Below, piece by piece: positions 34,674-46,195 of a DNA stretch of 64,000 nucleotides. Below the pieces are notes generated by a model, which was not told the DNA's origin, did not search any database, and saw nothing but the letters and a program-made list of their open reading frames with translations. Source of the DNA: Thraustochytrium aureum (Eukaryota); the NCBI GenBank assembly GCA_012862495.1, contig BLSG01000089.1, positions 69,560 through 133,559 on the forward strand, read 5' to 3'. The position numbers were made by a program, and so were the translations under genes. Within the stretch, counting starts at the first letter, position 1. Every line of letters begins with the position of its first letter.

Positions 34674-37600
34674 GCAGAGCCCTCTTCTGGGGAGACGCTC
34701 TATGCGAGGTTGACGCGCCCGGGCTTGCGACTGCGGTCGCCGTCGTTCCGCCTGGGCGCACCTCGTCGCGTTGACGCTTCGCACCTCCTCCTCATGTCGC
34801 CAAAGCTCTCGCCGCGTGTAAGTTCTGTTCTCACGGCCCATGGAGCCGAGCCCCTCGAGCTCCCGGGCCGCGTGGACGCTTCTCCGGGCGTAGGGGGGTG
34901 GACGGTGTACGGGACCGGCACGAGTGGCGGGGATGTGGAGGCGGGGGCGGGGCAAAGCAAGTTGCAGGCCAGCAGCTCGGGCATGAGCGCGCAAGAGGTC
35001 CTCGAGGCAGTCATTTACGGCGTGGTCAACTCCATCCTCTCCGCGCCGGCAATGTACGGCTACGCAGCGATCATCTTTCGCGCGTCCTACTTTCAGCCGT
35101 ACATGGCCGACCTCAGCAAGCTCGTGCTGTTTTCGAGTCTGGTGCACCAGCTTGTGTTCACTGCCAAGAGCTCGCTCTCCTTCTCGATTGGCCAGGTCCA
35201 GGACGCTGGCCTTATCTTTTTGTCGACGATGGCCACGGCGATCGCAGAGGAGGCCCAGCCCGACCAGATCGTGCCCACGACGCTCGTGACGCTTAGCGTC
35301 TCCACGGCGCTGCTCGGCTGTGCCGTCTACCTTATCGGGCGCCTGCGTCTCGCAAAGCTGGTCTCGTACTTGCCGATGCCGGTCGTCGGGGGCTACCTGG
35401 CGTTCATCGGGTTTTTCTGCCTCGAGGCCGGCGTCGGCTTGAGCATCGGCCAAGACGTCTCTGCCGTTGGCGACTTTTCAAAGGCTTTCAACGCCCGCGC
35501 GGCGCGCCTGCTGGCGCCGGCCATGGTCGGCGGAGCGCTCCTTGCCGTCGTCTCCAAGCGCGCCCAAACGTGGTACGCCTTGCCGGTGTGCATCGTGGTC
35601 CTCCCGCTCGCGTTTTACGTTGTGCTGTTTGCGACGGGGACTTCGATTGCCGAGGCCCAGCAGGCCGGCTGGCTCTCCAAGCCGCAACCCGGGGAGGTCC
35701 AGGGCCCGTTTTGGGAGGTGTGGGAGCTCGTTCAGATTGAACGGGTCGACTGGAGCCTCATTCCCAAGCAAGTGTTGACGTGGATCTCGATGGTGTTTGT
35801 CGTTTCCTTCTCCTCTTGCTTGGACGTGGTGGCGATCGAAATGGACATGGGCCAGGAGCTCGACATCAACCACGAGCTGTGCACCGTGGGACTGAGCAAC
35901 ATTATCAGCGGATGTACACTCGGGTATACTGGTTCGTACATTTTCTCGCAGACCTGTTTTACGCTCAGAACCGGTACCGAATCGCGCCTTGTAGGTAGCG
36001 TGGTGATCCTTTTCGAGTTGGGGCTCTTCGTCCTGCCAATCAATTTGATGGAGATTGTCCCGCTGTACTTTTTCGCAGCCACGCTCATCTTTATCGCGTT
36101 CGACCTCCTCAATGAGTGGCTTGTCGAGGTGTGGTCCAAGGTCTCCGCCATGGAGTACGTTGTGCTCATGGGGACCTTTCTGATTATCACCGTCACCAAC
36201 GACCTGATGCTCGGGATTCTTGCGGGCATCGCTTTGGCGATCCTCAACTTTATCATCGCTTATGCCAGCGTGACGCACATCGAGAACGTGCCCAAGACGA
36301 ACTCCAACGTGATCCGTGACTTTGAGCGTCGACGGGTCCTTGGTCGCTTGCAGCGCCAGGTCGCCCGGTTCGACCTGCACGGCTTTCTCTTCTTCGGTAG
36401 CTCTGTGCAGATTGTTCGCAAGCTCCAAAACCTCTTGGACGACCGGGATGGTGTGTCGCAGAGCAGAGCAACGGCTGCGGCGGCCGAATCAGCAGCCGCG
36501 CAAGCTGCGGCGCCCTCTGGCCTTCTAGCGGTCCTTGGCCGGTGGTTGGGGGGTCGTGGAGGCGCCGATTCGACCCCTGCAGAGGGCGAGGGCCGGCCCC
36601 TCCTGGCGAGCGCTGGCGCCAAGAGCGCCAACCCCGCGTGGCGTGGAAACGTTGCGCTCAGTGCATCGCCGGGTCCATCGCATGGAGGCAGGATGGACTC
36701 GCGGCCGAGCTCGATGTCCGAGGAGGGCGGGGCCCCGCTCCCTATTCGCTTCCTTGTGCTTGACTTTACGCGCGTGACCGGGATGGACGCCACCGCAATT
36801 GCGACGGGCCTGATGCGCGTCAAGCAGATCTGCCTCATGCGCGATATCACGATCGTGTTCACGTCCCTTCGGCCCGACCTTCAGCGCCTTTTGATCGCCA
36901 ACCACGTCGTGATGGCGAGCGACCCCAGCGACAACTGCCGCGTTTTCGAGGAGCTCCCGGACGGCCTAGAGTGGGTTGAGAATCAGCTGCTGTTAGAGCG
37001 TGGGCTCCTCGGGCGAGGCTCGCCCAAGCTCGCGAGCGCCAACGGGAGCCCGGTGTGTTCTTTTACGGGTGCATCGAGCAGCGGGCTCGGCCTGAGTGCA
37101 AGCGCCGCAGCGGGAATGAGCGGGGCATTGCCTGAGGCGCCCGCGATGCCCAACATCCCGTATGCGCTCAATCGCGACGGGTCCCGGAACAAGGTGGTCA
37201 TGTCGCTCAACTCGGAGCCAAGCAGCACGTTGTGGCTGCGCCGCATCCTGGTCGACTTTTTTGGTATCGACCAGTCCTTTGCGCTCTCGGTTGAAGACCC
37301 CGACCTGGGTGAGTACAAGAGGCTCACCGAGTACTTTGGGCTGATGCGGTTTCGCGACGGGGACTACGTCTTCCGTCCGGGCGACGTGGCCGACCAGCTC
37401 TATATCGTGATGGTCGGCGAGGTGTCTCTGTTCAACCCGCCCCCTGACGGGTCGCTAGCAAACGCGCAGCAACGTGCAAGTGCCAACGGACGGCCTCGAG
37501 CGGCCACGGCAACAGCCAAGGAGCGCATGCAGCACTACGGCAAACTGATCCAGCGCGCCAGGTACGGCTGTATTTTTGGCGAGATCCATTTTACGCTCTG

Positions 37601-37775
37601 CGAGCCGCGGCAGTTTGCGGCGGTCGCGACAGAGGACTCTGCCGTGTTTTTCCTCTCCCGAGCGCGCTTCCAGGAGTTGCAGCGGAGCCATCCAAAGCTG
37701 GCCGTGGGGCTCTTCCAGTGCCTCACCAAGTTTCTCGCCCTCACGGTGACAGACATGCAGGCATATCGCGGGTAG
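34674..37775 (+). CDS. SLC26/SulP anion permease with STAS and C-terminal cyclic-nucleotide-binding domain (Vsb1-like architecture); start uncertain
   Basis: SYLPMPVVGGYLAFIG, DINHELCTVGLSN..GSYIFSQT, LHGFLFFGSS, LVLDFTRVTGMDATA (STAS), VFRPGDVADQLYIVMVGEV...GCIFGEI (CNB). Confidence 0.92.
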   Translation, partial: AEPSSGETLYARLTRPGLRLRSPSFRLGAPRRVDASHLLLMSPKLSPRVSSVLTAHGAEPLELPGRVDASPGVGGWTVYGTGTSGGDVEAGAGQSKLQASSSGMSAQEVLEAVIYGVVNSILSAPAMYGYAAIIFRASYFQPYMADLSKLVLFSSLVHQLVFTAKSSLSFSIGQVQDAGLIFLSTMATAIAEEAQPDQIVPTTLVTLSVSTALLGCAVYLIGRLRLAKLVSYLPMPVVGGYLAFIGFFCLEAGVGLSIGQDVSAVGDFSKAFNARAARLLAPAMVGGALLAVVSKRAQTWYALPVCIVVLPLAFYVVLFATGTSIAEAQQAGWLSKPQPGEVQGPFWEVWELVQIERVDWSLIPKQVLTWISMVFVVSFSSCLDVVAIEMDMGQELDINHELCTVGLSNIISGCTLGYTGSYIFSQTCFTLRTGTESRLVGSVVILFELGLFVLPINLMEIVPLYFFAATLIFIAFDLLNEWLVEVWSKVSAMEYVVLMGTFLIITVTNDLMLGILAGIALAILNFIIAYASVTHIENVPKTNSNVIRDFERRRVLGRLQRQVARFDLHGFLFFGSSVQIVRKLQNLLDDRDGVSQSRATAAAAESAAAQAAAPSGLLAVLGRWLGGRGGADSTPAEGEGRPLLASAGAKSANPAWRGNVALSASPGPSHGGRMDSRPSSMSEEGGAPLPIRFLVLDFTRVTGMDATAIATGLMRVKQICLMRDITIVFTSLRPDLQRLLIANHVVMASDPSDNCRVFEELPDGLEWVENQLLLERGLLGRGSPKLASANGSPVCSFTGASSSGLGLSASAAAGMSGALPEAPAMPNIPYALNRDGSRNKVVMSLNSEPSSTLWLRRILVDFFGIDQSFALSVEDPDLGEYKRLTEYFGLMRFRDGDYVFRPGDVADQLYIVMVGEVSLFNPPPDGSLANAQQRASANGRPRAATATAKERMQHYGKLIQRARYGCIFGEIHFTLCEPRQFAAVATEDSAVFFLSRARFQELQRSHPKLAVGLFQCLTKFLALTVTDMQAYRG

Positions 37776-38127
37776 ATAGGCGAGTGCGGCCGCTGCGTTT
37801 CCCTCCATGGTTGGTTGGTGATGATGGATGGGTCAACATCCTTCGCACCAAGCTCCAGGTTTCTTGAAGAGGCTTAGAGGGGAGGCGGCCTGAGCGGGGC
37901 TCGAGCAGGACCTCAAGGAGAGCGATGTCGGCGCGCAGCGGCAAGCGTCAAGTCGAGAAACGCGAGAGCGAGCGATGCCAGTCGGCTCGCAGCAGCAAGC
38001 GAACAGGAGGACCCTCCGAGAGCACCATGCAATCACAGCCTCCAGTGCCCCGAGCCGAGTTATTAAAAAAAACCTTGGCAATTCCGTTAGTTTCCTCCCT
38101 TTCTCGCACTCGCTACCCGTGACCGTC

Positions 38128-39027
38128 TCAGATCTCATCAATAGTGATCTTTTCACCCTCATCAGCAGCGACGGCGTTGTTAATATTGCGCACGCGCCAG
38201 TGGAAGTCGGCGTCATCGGCCTTCCAGTCCGTCTCCATGACCCAAAAGTGCTTCCTCCACTGGAAGTCCTCCATCTCCTGGATCTCACCGTTCCACACGC
38301 GCTCATAGCTTTCGAACTTGAAGGCTGCCACGATACGGCGCGGAGGCCGTCCGAGTACCGAAGCGCGCAGTTCGGGGCCAACGAAACCGGACAGCAAGTG
38401 GTACCTCCACTCGTCCTTGTCGTACCCCAAGACCTTGTCGGGGTTGTCCGCGCTGCCTTCTTCCAACCAAATGTTGAGAAGCTCAACTTTGAGCTTCTCT
38501 TTGTCAATGGTTACCAGCTGCTCCTCCCGGAGGTCCTTTGTCTGTTGAAGCAGGATGCTGAGCAGGTTGAAGAACAAGGTCAGTTTGCCCGCTGTGACGT
38601 CGATCGCTCTCCAATCCGCCTCAAGGTCGTTGAACCGCTCGGCGATGAAAAAGAACGCTTGCCGCGCGCCTTGGCAGAGGGTCTCGGCGCCTCCGGCAGC
38701 TTCAAGAGCCGCTTTGCTGGAGTGCGAGTCTGGATACACAAGCGTTTGCGCCGTCGTGTGGAGATTGCCCATGTGCCGTTTCTCAACGTCGGCCATGTAC
38801 TCATCGGACCCAAAGCCCCATCGCGCCGCGAACACTTCTGGGGGCATTCCGGCAGGCCCCGAGAGAAACTTGGCGTGCGGCGGGCCAGCCAAGCCCAGGG
38901 CGCCGAGCGACGTCCGTGGCACCAGGCTCCTCCGCTCAAACACATTCAAGCCCAGCTTCTGCCTCGACCCGCCGCTCGCTACCGTCCGCCGCGCAGCAGC
39001 GCGCGCAGCAGCGTGCAAGCCGAACAT
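38128..39027 (-). CDS. Putative mitochondrial protein with Tim44-like/MAIP1-like C-terminal domain
   Basis: Arg/Ala-rich presequence-like start MFGLHAAARAAARRTVAS; C-terminal ...HFWVMETDW...FHWRVRNIN resembles the end of the Tim44-like fold. Confidence 0.5.
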   Translation of the reverse strand: MFGLHAAARAAARRTVASGGSRQKLGLNVFERRSLVPRTSLGALGLAGPPHAKFLSGPAGMPPEVFAARWGFGSDEYMADVEKRHMGNLHTTAQTLVYPDSHSSKAALEAAGGAETLCQGARQAFFFIAERFNDLEADWRAIDVTAGKLTLFFNLLSILLQQTKDLREEQLVTIDKEKLKVELLNIWLEEGSADNPDKVLGYDKDEWRYHLLSGFVGPELRASVLGRPPRRIVAAFKFESYERVWNGEIQEMEDFQWRKHFWVMETDWKADDADFHWRVRNINNAVAADEGEKITIDEI

Positions 39028-39850
39028 TTTCGCGTCCGCTGCGGCGAAGTAGGTCGACGTGGCGAGGCTCGCCGCGCTGCCACGCACGCTGGCCCAGGGC
39101 GCTCCTCTCCGCTTCGCAACCCAGGCCCTGGAGCGACCGGCCGTCTTTTGCCCTCCCCCGAGGCGCGTCCTGCTACTCCTGCTGCTGTGGAGGCAGCGGC
39201 GCGTTCGGGCTCTGGCGCGACAGTGGCTCGTGGGCCGCCGTCCATGAGCCCCAGCGAACACCATGGACGCGGCCGACCCGGATGGGACGGCNNNNNNNNN
39301 NNNNNNNNNNNNNNNNNNNNNNNNNNNNNNNNNNNNNNNNNNNNNNNNNNNNNNNNNNNNNNNNNNNNNNNNNNNNNNNNNNNNNNNNNNNNNNNNNNNN
39401 NNNNNNNNNNNNNNNNNNNNNNNNNNNNNNNNNNNNNNNNNNNNNNNNNNNNNNNNNNNNNNNNNNNNNNNNNNNNNNNNNNNNNNNNNNNNNNNNNNNN
39501 NNNNNNNNNNNNNNNNNCGCTGGGCTGGCGCGCTGGGCGGCGCGCGGGTCGCGACTCCCAACGCTACGGTGCACGGTGGCGCGTCGTGCTCTTGTGCCTG
39601 CGCCAGGCGCGTACGGAGTGCGGGCCTGCCGCGGAGGCCAGCAGTCGCGAACTGAGACCGGCGCAGGACATTGTCGACGCCTTGCGGGGGTTGGAGCTTG
39701 CCAGCAACTTCAACGCAGCGCCAAGGGCGGGTGCCGCGAGTTGCTCGCGGGCCCTTTGGGCCGCGGGATTGCTCTCTCGAGCGGGCTTTATACGTAGCCA
39801 GCTTCTTTTCCTCGCGGTCGTCCGTCTTCTGCGGGGCCGCGGCAGCAAGC

Positions 39851-39903
39851 GCCAAGGAATCACGCCAAGGAATCACGCCAAGGAATCACGCCAAGGAATC
39901 ACG
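39851..39903. repeat. 13-bp tandem repeat (GCCAAGGAATCAC) x4
   Basis: Directly visible perfect copies. Confidence 0.95.
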
Positions 39904-40108
39904 AAGGCCGGCGCGCAATTCTGCGCAGCCGGCCACTCTGCCATGTGGGCTTGGTTTCTTCGGATGGGTCTCTAACGCAGGGGGCTTGCGCTCGCCTGTT
40001 TGATGGTGGTCGACGGCGGCCGACCTTGCGGTCCCACAACCTCACTCTCGACTGCAGCGAGAAAGCCGCACAAGGGGCGCCCATGAAATACCGGATCGTC
40101 GACGTGGT

Positions 40109-41792
40109 CTAGTCCCGCGGGGAAGCCTCTACGGCTGCGGCCCGCGCGACCGCCTGCGAGAGAACGGCCTTGCGCTCAAACAGTTTCCAGGCGAGGTGGT
40201 TCAGGCCAGCGCTCCCCGGGCGGCAGGGCTCAAACCCTGCGCGTGGGCCACATACCTCGAGCCACCCTGGGGCCGCGACCCCACCGGTTGGAACAGCTCC
40301 CGACGAGCCGGGAGCGCATGTACCGGAAGAGGCCGGCTCACTTGCGCCGAGGCCCGAGCACGCCGGCACGAGCTCGGGGATCACGAAGCGCTGCACCATC
40401 GACCCGAAGAGGCCGTGGAAAAAGTCGTGCTGATCTTGCGCCATCGCGCTATTGTAGTTGCCGATGCACGGAGGGATGTTGCACTCTAGGAGGTGTGGGT
40501 TGCCTGCTTGGTCGAACATGACGTCTGCGCCAATGTGGCTAAAGTCGCTTGCAGCTACCTGGTGCGCCATGTACGGCGCAGCAGCGCAGAACACGGAAGC
40601 GAACATGGCCTTGACCTTGTCGAGCTTGGCGGCGCCAAAGTGAGAGGCAAGGTCGACCACAGGGCAGCCGTGGAACAGGTCCGTGTTGTGGTGGTTTTTC
40701 GACACGTTGGTGAGGTGAATTTGCTGGTCCGCAAGCGAGGCCGGGGCAGTCTCGAACGGCTTGTTGGCGACGTGGATAAGCGCGCTCGAGTGTAAGAATG
40801 CACTGAGATCCCCGCGGAGCACCAGGTACATGCGCACGTGGTATTTGAAGCTCCCATCCCACAGCTCGGGCGCGGCAAGGTCTGCGCGCACGTCAGCAAT
40901 GAACGAGCCCAAGCAACCAATTCCGCCCCGCGAAGCCCAACACTTACACTCTTGCACAACGAAACGGATCGTGCGTCGGGCGCTCCGCTCCGCGTCGTGG
41001 AGCTGCCGCACGACGTTGGCCCAGTTGTGCCCAGACGTCACCCAGAGGCCGTCGCCACAGTTCGCTCCAGAGTCCTTGACCATCCAAAGCTTGTCACGGG
41101 CCGCATCGCCGTCCGAACGCTGGCACCCATAGCGCGCTTCGCACCAAGCCTCGACCTGGCGAGCACCCACGAGGGCGTGGCACTCGAGCTCGCCGAGCCC
41201 GCGCNNNNNNNNNNNNNNNNNNNNNNNNNNNNNNNNNNNNNNNNNNNNNNNNNNNNNNNNNNNNNNNNNNNNNNNNNNNNNNNNNNNNNNNNNNNNNNNN
41301 NNNNNNNNNNNNNNNNNNNNNNNNNNNNNNNNNNNNNNNNNNNNNNNNNNNNNNNNNNNNNNNNNNNNNNNNNNNNNNNNNNNNNNNNNNNNNNNNNNNN
41401 NNNNNNNNNNNNNNNNNNNNNNNNNNNNNNNNNNNNNNNNNNNNNNNNNNNNNNNNNNNNNNNNNNNNNNNNNNNNNNGAGGACCTGCGCGCCCGACAAG
41501 GCGCACCCGCCCGGACCCTGGCACGCTCCAGCGCGGCCTTGTCGTCCGCATTGCGCGTGTGAACCCAGGCGAAATCGATCGCAGCGTCGTCTGCGCAGGC
41601 AGCAGCCGGCACGAACGTGGAGGGATCGACCCCGGNGCCGAAGGCGCTGTCGCACGCCTCCCCGCGATCCTGCCCGCTGCCCGGCGCGTCGCGCGCGAGA
41701 GCGCCCAGCACGGCCGGCACCCAGCTCGTCTCGTGCGGCGAGACGTAGAAGGTCAGCCGCCGCGCGCGCGCGCCGCTGCTGGGAGCCGACAT
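40109..41792 (-). CDS. Tubulin-tyrosine ligase-like (TTL/TTLL) ATP-grasp protein; gap 41205-41478; intron 40882-40947
   Basis: WMVKDSGANCGDG, VVQE|YL, KYHVRMYLV, IHLTN, GADVMFD...LLECNIPP; intron GTAAGT..GCTGAC..CAG. Confidence 0.85.
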
Positions 41793-41977
41793 GGACGAGT
41801 CGCGGCGGCGACAGGACCGGGATGATGGCAGTGCCAGAATTGCGAGTCTGGCTCGCGCGTCTAACCGCCGATCCGCCACCGCAGCCAGCCAGCCAGCCCT
41901 CCGCTGCGCGCAAAAGCGGCGGCGCGAACGGCGGCTTGTGGAAGAGGGCGCGGGCGGCCTTGCCGCGCCGGGGCGCA

Positions 41978-44235
41978 ATGTCGCGGCGAACGGGCTTCCA
42001 GGTCGCGGACGAGGACGTGCCCGTCCTCGAGATCACCGGTCGCCGCGAGGCGAACAGAAACGCTGGCGCTGCGGCGCGCGGCCTTGCAAGCGTGGACGAG
42101 GACCCCGATGCGGCGACGCAGGCTGACGGGTCTCTGGCTCGTGGCAATCGCAGGTTTGCCCCGTCAGAGCCAGTCCCTGTTCCTGCGCAACGGAACGGCG
42201 CCGACGCTGGCGTTGGATCTCGCGGTGCCAACACTGCGATGGGCCTCGCACGGAGCTTGGGCGCGCTCGAGACAGGGTATGGCGAGCCAAGGGTGCCGAA
42301 CGTGTCGGCGTCAATGTCTGTGGGCTCGACGGAGAGCGCAGAGGAGGCTCGGCGCGCTCGCCATTCTCAGCGGTCCTCCTCCTTCTCGCTGAACCGGGCG
42401 TTCGACGAGGAGCGACTCACCCAGAACGTTGGTCAAGGGCACGTGCATGTTGCTGAGCTACTGGTTGGCGTGGTGGCCAACATGAACGAGTTTTCCGACC
42501 CCTCCGACCACAGCAACTCGAGCATCTTCGAGTCGTTCTTCGACCTGACGCACGCACGGCTGCTGCACATTTTCCAGATGTTTGACGATCTAAGCGTGGA
42601 AAAGGACAAGGGCATTCTCAACTATGACAACTTTCGCGCGAGCCTGCGCGACGCTGGGCTCGAGATCAAGGACAAGGAGAGCTTTGAGCGGCTCGTAAAG
42701 AAGGTCGACCTCGACATGGACGGAGGCATCTCGTTCAACGAGTTTGAAACGGTGGTGCAGTCGCTCAAGATGGCGCACATGTTCAAGTCGCACAACGGGC
42801 AGTGGGAGAACCACTTTCGGTGTGTCAACTACAACACGAAGCGCGCGCAGGCGGAGACGGTGGCGGGCATCAACTTGAAGTCGTTCATGTACTCGCCGCG
42901 CCCGGAGTGGGCCACGCACCGCTGGATTGAGGTGATGCTTCCGGCCAACTTTACGCTCAAGTGCCTGGCAATAAAGTACCGCTTGCACCCGCTCGCACTT
43001 GAGGACACCCTCAAGGACTCTGGAAAGGCGCGCGCCAAGGTGGAGCGGTTCGCGACGCACCTTTTCGTGGTCTTCCCAGTGCTGGCTCTCATCTACGACG
43101 ACGACGAGGTGGCGGACGGTCCGATGAGCCCGACGTCGGCCTCGCTGCGCCGGTCCGCCTCGTTCGGTCGTTCGGGGGGCCGCGTGCTGCGGCAGTACGG
43201 GACGATGGAGTCGAGACAGCCGCTCATTCACGGCAAGAGCGCGTCGAGCGCGCCTGGGTCGCTCTCTGGCGGGCGGCAGCGGCGGCTCCGCAACACGCGC
43301 CGTAGCGGGCTTGGCGGGAGCGGCTCGGTCGAATACCACTCGCACGGGCTTGAACCCATCCGCGGCTTCGGTGAGGACGCCGGGGACGATGCGGCCAGCG
43401 CGGCCAGCAACGAGGGTCTGCTGAGTCAAATCCAGGTCCCGCGGGTGGTCAAGCTCAACGCCAACCTGTTTGTGAGCAGGCCGGATTTCACGACCACGAT
43501 CTCTGCTGTGAGCGGCGAGTGCCGCAATTTGTTTCACAGGGTGCACCGCGAGCTGGAGGTGGCCTACTCGCGGCTGCGCCAGCACGACGGCATCTACCTG
43601 CTCTACGTGTTCCTGGATGTCATCGTCGACTCGTACCAGCCGCTCGTCGCAGAGCTCGAGGGCATCTTGGACACGCTTGCCGACCAGGTCCGGAGCAAGC
43701 GACGGCATATTGTCAGCGGCGAGGGCGAGAAGGCGTTTTCCAACGCGTACCACGACATGATCCGCGAGGCGAACAACCTCAAGCGCTGGATGCTGCCAGC
43801 GCAGCGCGTCGTTTCCAACCTGATCGCAGAGGAGGACCTCGACGCCGACTGCAAGCTGTACTTGCGTGACGTGCACGACCACCTTGAGCAGACCTCTGAC
43901 GACATCGACTCGTTGCTCGAGGGCTTGCGCGCCCTCAAAGACGAGTACGACCATGCGATCGAGGTCAAGGCCTCGGGGACGATGTACATGCTCACGATCG
44001 TGGCCACAGTGGCGCTGCCGGGCCAGTTTCTGTCCTCGGTGTTTGGCATGTAAGTTTGATCGCGCGTGTTGCGCGGAGGTATGGGTTTTGCTCACGGTTT
44101 TTGTTGTCCGCTTGCAGGAACTTTACCAACATGCCCGAGCTGCACTGGCGCTACGGGTATCCTTTATTTTGGGTGTTGACGTTTCTCAGCTGGGGCGCGC
44201 TCTACACTTACTTTCGCACGCGCGGGCTGCTCTAG
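41978..44235 (+). CDS. CorA-family Mg2+ transporter with N-terminal EF-hand pair; intron 44050-44117
   Basis: KYRLHPLALED, LDVIVDSY, YLRDVHDHL; splicing restores GM|NFTNMPELHWRYGY; EF loop DLDMDGGISFNEF. Confidence 0.92.
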
Positions 44236-44617
44236 CCTCGAGCTAGGGAGTACTGTTTCTTAGAATCTGGCAGTGATGACTTTGGGGCGTGAAGATACGT
44301 TGGTGGCGAGCTCGTCTGCTGTTTGTGCCCCTTCTTGCAGGGCAGGATGGTCCACAAAGCCGCAGAGCGCCAAGACGGCGTGCATCCCCTGCACCCTCTC
44401 CCCAGAGACCTCTAGCTAGGTCTAGTAGAGAGAGAGCAAGCCCGCCAGAGCAAGCCCGCCGAGGCGCGAGGGCCGTCCGGTCCGTCCGTCCAGCCTGGCC
44501 AGCCTTGCCGTCAGCCTCTCCATGAACGCATCCACCGCGACCCGCGCGGTGCGGGGCCGCGCACGTCCCCCGGCCGAGCTGCAAAGCCGCGAGCTGGCGC
44601 GCTCGAGCATCGGCGAC

Positions 44618-46195
44618 ATGCCGAGCATCGGCAGCANNNNNNNNNNNNNNNNNNNNNNNNNNNNNNNNNNNNNNNNNNNNNNNNNNNNNNNNNNNNNNNN
44701 NNNNNNNNNNNNNNNNNNNNNNNNNNNNNNNNNNNNNNNNNNNNNNNNNNNNNNNNNNNNNNNNNNNNNNNNNNNNNNNNNNNNNNNNNNNNNNNNNNNN
44801 NNNNNNNNNNNNNNNNNNNNNNNNNNNNNNNNNNNNNNNNNNNNNNNNNNNNNNNNNNNNNNNNNNNNNNNNNNNNNNNNNNNNNNNNNNNNNNNNNNNN
44901 NNNNNNNNNNNNNNNNNNNNNNNNNNNNNNNNNNNNNNNNNNNNNNNNNNNNNNNNNNNNNNNNNNNNNNNNNNNNNNNNNNNNNNNNNNNNNNNNNNNN
45001 NNNNNNNNNNNNNNNNNNNNNNNNNNNNNNNNNNNNNNNNNNNNNNNNNNNNNNNNNNNNNNNNNNNNNNNNNNNNNNNNNNNNNNNNNNNNNNNNNNNN
45101 NNNNNNNNNNNNNNNNNNNNNNNNNNNNNNNNNNNNNNNNNNNNNNNNNNNNNNNNNNNNNNNNNNNNNNNNNNNNNNNNNNNNNNNNNNNNNNNNNNNN
45201 NNNNNNNNNNNNNNNNNNNNNNNNNNNNNNNNNNNNNNNNNNNNNNNNNNNNNNNNNNNNNNNNNNNNNNNNNNNNNNNNNNNNNNNNNNNNNNNNNNNN
45301 NNNNNNNNNNNNNNNNNNNNNNNNNNNNNNNNNNNNNNNNNNNNNNNNNNNNNNNNNNNNNNNNNNNNNNNNNNNNNNNNNNNNNNNNNNNNNNNNNNNN
45401 NNNNNNNNNNNNNNNNNNNNNNNNNNNNNNNNNNNNNNNNNNNNNNNNNNNNNNNNNNNNNNNNNNNNNNNNNNNNNNNNNNNNNNCAAGCTGCAGCCCA
45501 AGGACATGGCGGGACTGATGCTCGGCGACCCTTCCAGCGCCGGCGACGTCGACAAGGACGCCGTGCAGAAGAAGGCCGCGTCTCTGACGAAGCGGCGCGC
45601 GCCTGTGCGCAGGAAGGGCGGGGCGCTTGGCGCAACGCGCATCGTGGCCGGTGCGACGGCCACCAAGCAAGACCTGGACGACCTGATGCGTGACCCAGTT
45701 GCCGCGCCTGCTGGGCTTGTCGCGCCAGCGCCGGAGGCGCCCGTTTCAAAGTACGGCAGGAGCGCGGCGGCGCTCGATGCCCCGGCGAAGGCGAAGCCGT
45801 CGCTCTCGTCCTCTGGAAGCTCGCTGGGCGGCGGCTTTAGCCTCACCGGCGGTGGGCAGAACGCGGCGACCTATGGCTCAGAGCAAGTCGCCGACAAGCT
45901 CAACAAGTTCAAAAACGCCAAGGGCATTTCCAGCGAGGCGTTCTTCCGCGAGGAAAACGAGACCACGGAGGAGCGGCTGGCTCGCGAAAACCAGCTCAAC
46001 AGGTTTTCCGGGGCGCAGTCGATCTCGAGCGATGCCTACTTTGGCCGGGAGGACCAATCGGGCAACGGCAATGTGGAAGGCTCGCGCCTTCGTGGAGTGA
46101 GCTCCGGTTCGGCCGACCTTGCCAATGCGGCCGAGTTTATCGCGGACATTGGCTCGAAGGTGAAGAGCACGCTGTCCTCGTACTCGCGCCGGTGA
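44618..46195 (+). CDS. ArfGAP2/3 (Glo3-like) GTPase-activating protein; GAP domain presumably in gap 44637-45486
   Basis: Tandem Glo3 motifs KFKNAKGISSEAFF and RFSGAQSISSDAYFG, plus RKGGALGATR; start ATG at 44618 inferred. Confidence 0.8.
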   Translation: MPSIGSXXXXXXXXXXXXXXXXXXXXXXXXXXXXXXXXXXXXXXXXXXXXXXXXXXXXXXXXXXXXXXXXXXXXXXXXXXXXXXXXXXXXXXXXXXXXXXXXXXXXXXXXXXXXXXXXXXXXXXXXXXXXXXXXXXXXXXXXXXXXXXXXXXXXXXXXXXXXXXXXXXXXXXXXXXXXXXXXXXXXXXXXXXXXXXXXXXXXXXXXXXXXXXXXXXXXXXXXXXXXXXXXXXXXXXXXXXXXXXXXXXXXXXXXXXXXXXXXXXXXXXXXXXXXXXXXXXXXXXXXXXXXKLQPKDMAGLMLGDPSSAGDVDKDAVQKKAASLTKRRAPVRRKGGALGATRIVAGATATKQDLDDLMRDPVAAPAGLVAPAPEAPVSKYGRSAAALDAPAKAKPSLSSSGSSLGGGFSLTGGGQNAATYGSEQVADKLNKFKNAKGISSEAFFREENETTEERLARENQLNRFSGAQSISSDAYFGREDQSGNGNVEGSRLRGVSSGSADLANAAEFIADIGSKVKSTLSSYSRR

